Source: Fastidiosibacter lacustris
GTDB taxonomy: Bacteria > Pseudomonadota > Gammaproteobacteria > Francisellales > Francisellaceae
Direction: 5' to 3'
DNA length: 32,000 nt
NCBI RefSeq assembly: GCF_003428155.1
Contig: NZ_QLIR01000002.1
Location: 210,001 to 242,000, forward strand
Positions within the stretch are counted from its first letter, which is position 1. Every line of letters begins with the position of its first letter. The notes beneath the pieces are model-generated. The model saw only the letters and a program-made list of their open reading frames with translations, made no database searches and had not been told where the DNA came from. Below are positions 27,707-32,000 of this stretch, in pieces. Position numbers and translations under genes: made by a program.

Positions 27707-28436
27707 TTTTATCCTCCGTCAAACAGGGTAATTGTGGGCATAAATGGACGTGACCATTTTTAAAATGAATAAAATTATCCAACTCGTGCGCAATTTCGTG
27801 CATATCATGTGAAATTATCAATAAAGTAATATTTTGTGATCGATGAATTTTCTTGAGCGCATCGATAAAATCATGTTTGGCTTGCGGATCAAGGTCAGCT
27901 AAAGGCTCATCTAATAAAAGTAATTTGGGACTGTTAACTAATGCTTGTATGAGGTAGATGCGTTTTTTTTGACCGCCAGATAGAGTTTCAAAAGCTTGAT
28001 TTGCATAGCTTGATGCGCCAACGATCTCAAACAACTGATCAAGCATTTTATTGAATTTTTGACCAAAAAAAGGCATGCCGAATTTATTGGATTTAAAACT
28101 TGCTTTTACAAGCGTTTTACCAGAAATATGCTGGCTTAGATTAAGCTCACGTTCCTGTGGGATATAGCTGATTAAATCGTTACAAATCCCCACGGGTTTA
28201 TCAAATACTGTTAATTGTCCAGAGATAGGTGGTTGGATTCCTAAAATGCTTTTTAAAAAAGTGGATTTTCCGATACCATTTTCACCAACAACTCCTAACC
28301 ATTGATTTTGGTAAAGACTAAGGTTGATTGGTTTGGATAATTGGTGTTTACCATGCCCAAGCACAAGGTTATGGCATCGTATGATAGTTTGTTGCATATT
28401 CATTATTTTGCGTTCTGAGTGAAGTATTAGTGTCAT
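27693..28436 (-). CDS. znuC: Zinc ABC transporter ATP-binding protein ZnuC (start codon uncertain; MNMQQT... at about 28403 possible)
   Basis: GVVGENGIGKSTFLKSILG; LSGGQKKRIYLIQALVNSPKLLLLDEPLADLDP; LLIISHDMHEI. Confidence 0.93.
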   Translation of the reverse strand: MTLILHSERKIMNMQQTIIRCHNLVLGHGKHQLSKPINLSLYQNQWLGVVGENGIGKSTFLKSILGIQPPISGQLTVFDKPVGICNDLISYIPQERELNLSQHISGKTLVKASFKSNKFGMPFFGQKFNKMLDQLFEIVGASSYANQAFETLSGGQKKRIYLIQALVNSPKLLLLDEPLADLDPQAKHDFIDALKKIHRSQNITLLIISHDMHEIAHELDNFIHFKNGHVHLCPQLPCLTEDKSVIL

Positions 28437-28498
28437 TTAATTATTGTATTACTTTTACTTTTGTTGGAATAGCGTCGCTATTTTATAGAGTGTCCTGT

Positions 28499-29383
28499 TT
28501 AATTTTGCTTATTAAAGGCTTTTTCTAGTGCCTTTTGTGTCTCCTCTAAATTTGCGTTAAGCCAAGTAATCACATTGTCATTTTGTGGCATGGTTTCTGA
28601 TATTCCAACTGTTGGGATTTGATTCTCTGTAGCAAGGTTTAGAATGTTGTCGATCACATTATCCTGAACTTGTTGATTGTAGAATAAAACCTTTACTTTT
28701 TTTTGATTGAATAGATTTTGATAGTCAATAAGCATTTTAGGTGTCGGTTCAGCATCATTCATTATTGCCCACTGAAATTTTTCGCCTAACATTTTTAAAC
28801 CAAGTGCTTCTGCCATATAGCCAAAAACAGGCTCAGTTGCGGTAACGGCTGTTCCTGCAAAGTGTCCCTTTATTTCATTTATTTTGGCATAAACCATTTG
28901 ATAACGTTCATCAAATGTTTTCATGTTGAGTTTAAAGGTCTTTTCATACTCTGGTTCTAATTGGCTAAAAACAGTTGTTAATTTTTTAGCTAATGTTGGA
29001 AAGGTATTGGGGTTATACCATAGGTGAGGGTTATCACCACTTTTGGCGTTCATAAGAGCAGCAACATCAATAATTGTAATGTTATTATTACTTTGTGCAT
29101 TTAATAATTGTTTTATCCAGGGATCATAATCGGCACCATTGTAAATTACAACTTGTGCGTTATTTATAGCAATCGCAGTTTGAGTTGAAGTAGTGAAAAG
29201 ATGTGGGTCAGCATCAGGGTTGTTAATGATGCTAGTTGTTGTAACATAGTCTCCACCAATTAAGCTTGCAACGTTTTCGTAGAAGTTTTCTGCTGCTACG
29301 ACTTTAATTTCCGCAGTGGCTTGGTTGTAAAGTAGTATAGTTGTAATGAATATGAAGGTTAAACAAGTCAGTTTTTTGAGCAT
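28499..29383 (-). CDS. znuA: Zinc ABC transporter substrate-binding protein ZnuA
   Basis: EIKVVAAENFYENVASLIGGDYVTTTSIINNPDADPHLF; GDNPHLWYNPNTFPTLAKKL; signal peptide. Start MLKKLTCL at 29383 with AGGAG upstream; the track extends it to 29425. Confidence 0.9.
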   Translation of the reverse strand: MLKKLTCLTFIFITTILLYNQATAEIKVVAAENFYENVASLIGGDYVTTTSIINNPDADPHLFTTSTQTAIAINNAQVVIYNGADYDPWIKQLLNAQSNNNITIIDVAALMNAKSGDNPHLWYNPNTFPTLAKKLTTVFSQLEPEYEKTFKLNMKTFDERYQMVYAKINEIKGHFAGTAVTATEPVFGYMAEALGLKMLGEKFQWAIMNDAEPTPKMLIDYQNLFNQKKVKVLFYNQQVQDNVIDNILNLATENQIPTVGISETMPQNDNVITWLNANLEETQKALEKAFNKQN

Positions 29384-29405
29384 GATAATTCTCCTGGATA
29401 AAAAG

Positions 29406-29426
29406 TAAATGTTATAATATATCATT
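29406..29426 (-). promoter_or_regulatory. Putative Zur box upstream of znuA
   Basis: AAATGTTATAATATATCATTT: 21-nt near-perfect dyad with one mismatched pair around the central base; closely resembles the proteobacterial Zur operator consensus GAAATGTTATANTATAACATTTC; lies 23 nt upstream of the znuA ATG. Confidence 0.75.
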
Positions 29427-29650
29427 TATCTTTTTTAGCAAAAAGATTTCATGTTTTTTTTATTATTGTGCTGTGTAATTGCCACACCAGCTAAAACTTC
29501 CTGGATTTAGTTGGTTTTAAATAGAAAGACTGTAATGCAGATAATGTCTAAATGAAATCAGAATTTACACGTTATGTTTTAAGATTAATACTAAGTTGTG
29601 TTACACTTGAACTAATTTAAGTGAAGCTAAAAATAACAGTACCAGTACAG

Positions 29651-30166
29651 ATGGCAAAACTAGAAATATTAAAATACCCACATCCCTTTTTAAAAAAAAG
29701 GGCAAATCCTGTTTCTATAGATAAGATTGATAATTATTTACGTATCACCATTGCCAATATGTTTGAGACAATGTATGAAAATCATGGAGGGGGGTTGGCT
29801 GCAACTCAAGTTGGGCTTAATATGCGTTTATTTATAATGGATGGCTCAGAAAATAAAGATCAGAAATTTGTTGCAATTAATCCTGAGATCATTGAGCGTA
29901 AAGGTGAGATTTATGAAGAAGAGGGATGTTTATCTTTTCCTGGGGTATCAGCAAAAGTCAAGCGTGCAGCATGGATAAAAATGCGTGCATTAAATGAATT
30001 TGGTGAGATGTATGAACTAGAATGTGATGGTTATCATGGACGTTGTATCCAGCATGAAATTGATCATTTAGATGGAATTACCTATTTTGATCATTTATCG
30101 CCATTAAAACGTCAGATGATTGAGAAAAAATATAAGAAACTTATGCAGGAAAATTCAGAAAAATAA
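29651..30166 (+). CDS. def: Peptide deformylase
   Basis: ENHGGGLAATQVGLNMRLFIMD; EEEGCLSFPGVSAKV; CIQHEIDHLDGITYFDHLSPLKR. The track start (GTG 29621) is 10 codons upstream; ATG 29651 is preferred. Confidence 0.95.
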   Translation: MAKLEILKYPHPFLKKRANPVSIDKIDNYLRITIANMFETMYENHGGGLAATQVGLNMRLFIMDGSENKDQKFVAINPEIIERKGEIYEEEGCLSFPGVSAKVKRAAWIKMRALNEFGEMYELECDGYHGRCIQHEIDHLDGITYFDHLSPLKRQMIEKKYKKLMQENSEK

Positions 30167-30181
30167 AAGGCTTTCAAATAC

Positions 30182-31255
30182 TTATTCGATTACCCCGCCA
30201 CCTAAGCAAACTTCACCATTATAAAATACGACTGATTGACCAGGGGTGATGGCGCGTTGTGGTTTTTCAAATTTAACATGTGTTTTATCCTTTTGAATGT
30301 AAACCGTGCAAGCTTGATCAGCCTGGCGATAGCGTGTTTTAGCTGTGCATGTAAATTCTCGATCAGGTGCTTCTCCTTTTATCCAATCTAGCTTAATTGC
30401 TGTTAAGTTATCTTTGAACAAAAGTGGATGATTATGCCCTTGAACAGCTATAAGCACGTTGTTTTTTAAATCTTTTTTCGCAGCAAACCACGGAATTTCA
30501 GGACGATTTTTAACACCACCTACACCTAAGCCTTGCCGTTGACCAATTGTATAGTACATAAGACCATCATGTTTGCCAATAACAATGCCGTTTTCATCAT
30601 GAATTTCACCTGGTTGTGCTGGCAAATATTGATTCAAGAAAGCTTTGAATTTACGCTCACCAATAAAGCAAATCCCTGTACTATCTTTTTTATTATATGT
30701 GATAAGCCCATGCTTTTTAGCAATAGCACGTACTTTAGGTTTCTCAAGCTCACCAATAGGGAATAGTGTATATTGAAGTTGGTCTTGTCCTAATGTGTAT
30801 AGAAAATAAGATTGATCTTTGTTATGATCTAGTCCTTTTAATAGTTGATGCTCGCCGTTTTCAAGGGTACGTTTACGTGCGTAATGTCCTGTGGCAATAT
30901 ATTCCCCCCCCAATTGTTTGGCATAGTCCAAAAAAGCTTTAAACTTAATCTCTTTGTTGCACAAAATGTCAGGGTTAGGTGTGCGTCCTGCTTTATACTC
31001 TTCTAAGAAATATTCAAAAACATGATCCCAATATTCCGCTGCAAAGTTGATTCTTTGGAATGGTATACCAATGCTTTGGCAAATGCTTTGAGCATCTTTA
31101 ATATCCTCTTTGGCAGAGCAGAATTCATCTGTGTCGTCTTCTTCCCAATTTTTCATAAAAACCCCCGTGACATCAAAGCCTTGTTGTTTTAATAACAAGG
31201 CAGCAACAGAGGAATCTACACCACCAGAAGCACCAACAATTATTTTTTGTGACAT
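30182..31255 (-). CDS. mnmA: tRNA-specific 2-thiouridylase MnmA
   Basis: [41 protein letters not shown]; [19 protein letters not shown]; [13 protein letters not shown]; [21 protein letters not shown]; [12 protein letters not shown]. The track start at 31351 adds a poorly supported 32-aa extension. Confidence 0.95.
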   Translation of the reverse strand: MSQKIIVGASGGVDSSVAALLLKQQGFDVTGVFMKNWEEDDTDEFCSAKEDIKDAQSICQSIGIPFQRINFAAEYWDHVFEYFLEEYKAGRTPNPDILCNKEIKFKAFLDYAKQLGGEYIATGHYARKRTLENGEHQLLKGLDHNKDQSYFLYTLGQDQLQYTLFPIGELEKPKVRAIAKKHGLITYNKKDSTGICFIGERKFKAFLNQYLPAQPGEIHDENGIVIGKHDGLMYYTIGQRQGLGVGGVKNRPEIPWFAAKKDLKNNVLIAVQGHNHPLLFKDNLTAIKLDWIKGEAPDREFTCTAKTRYRQADQACTVYIQKDKTHVKFEKPQRAITPGQSVVFYNGEVCLGGGVIE

Positions 31256-31482
31256 AGAAATTAAAAAGTAATAATAAAAAAGAGTATGGCTATTGTGCCG
31301 CCATTTATTTGAATTTGCAAATACATAGACAGAAGTGTCATAACTCATCATTAAAAATCACTAGGAACTACTAAGTTTTTAATAAGTAAACCATGGAAAA
31401 ATCATTTTTTTTATGATGAATTATGCTCAATAATCTTTATATAATGGTGTTTCATGGCAGTTTTCCTAAGGTGGTTTATAAA

Positions 31483-32000
31483 ATGGAATATGTGGTGCAC
31501 AAGTTTGGCGGGAGTAGCCTTGCAGATGTTATTAAAATTAAACACGTGATGAGAATTATTGGCACCACAGCACAATCAGTCGTTGTTTCTGCAAGTGGGA
31601 AAACGACCAGCTTATTAAAAAAGGCAATTGAACTTGCTTTAGAGAATAAAAGTAATCATAAGGTGCTTGAGCAGATTAGTGAACATCATATGACACTAAT
31701 CAATGGCTTATGTCCAGATAATAAAAGTGTAATCAAAATTTTTAAAAAGGATATTGAGTATTTAAAACAAATATTGTTGACTATTTGTTTAAGTGGCATT
31801 TGTGGGGATGCTCTGGAATACTTCATTCTTGGGTTTGGTGAGCTGTGGTCAGCACAGATTTTAACAGTAGTATTACAGCAAAATGATATTCAAGCTCAGT
31901 TTGTTGATGCGTCTACCGTTTTATTTATCGATGACCATCAAAAGCCTGTGGTAATTGATTGGCAAAGAAGCCAACAAGCCGTTGATAAACATATTATCGA
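31483..32000 (+). CDS. Aspartokinase N-terminal region (MetL/ThrA- or LysC-like), truncated by window end
   Basis: Translated by hand: MEYVVHKFGGSSLADVIKIKHVMRIIGTTAQSVVVSASGKTTSLLKKAIELAL...GFGELWSAQILTVVLQQNDIQAQFVDASTVLF. Contains KFGGSS and FGELWSA motifs. Open to window end and absent from the ORF track. Confidence 0.85.
   Translation, partial: MEYVVHKFGGSSLADVIKIKHVMRIIGTTAQSVVVSASGKTTSLLKKAIELALENKSNHKVLEQISEHHMTLINGLCPDNKSVIKIFKKDIEYLKQILLTICLSGICGDALEYFILGFGELWSAQILTVVLQQNDIQAQFVDASTVLFIDDHQKPVVIDWQRSQQAVDKHII

Noticed and set aside
31256-31351. Extended N-terminus of MnmA
   Set aside because: The family starts at [16 protein letters not shown] (31255). The upstream 32 residues have no family support.

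Overview
The window (about 32 kb, AT-rich) looks like a chromosomal segment from a gammaproteobacterium. The Francisella/Thiotrichales-like affiliation is only my impression; I could not run a search. Most of it is ordinary housekeeping sequence: trmD-rplS, xerD, dusA, a DUF47/pit phosphate pair, a YajR-like MFS gene, gamma-carbonic anhydrase, lolB-ispE-tRNA-Gln, a Bcr/EmrD-like MFS gene, coaX-folE, a DUF4823 lipoprotein, an M15 peptidase, truA, ald, znuA-znuC-znuB-zur, def, mnmA and the start of an aspartokinase. Accessory material: a complete type III restriction-modification system (mod-res) inserted between rplS and xerD beside a decayed IS3-like transposase remnant, and a type I secretion pair (hlyB-hlyD-like) in which hlyB has an in-frame TAA. 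I found no convincing undescribed multigene system. The observations most worth a second look are: (1) the hlyB TAA lies in the 3' arm of a perfect 9-bp hairpin; (2) an in-frame fusion of a ketopantoate-reductase-like domain with a GNAT acetyltransferase; (3) a roughly 40-bp dispersed inverted repeat whose AATATC unit has expanded to six tandem copies near the IS remnant; (4) a strong Zur-box-like palindrome upstream of znuA; (5) a HAD phosphatase gene broken by two frameshifts.
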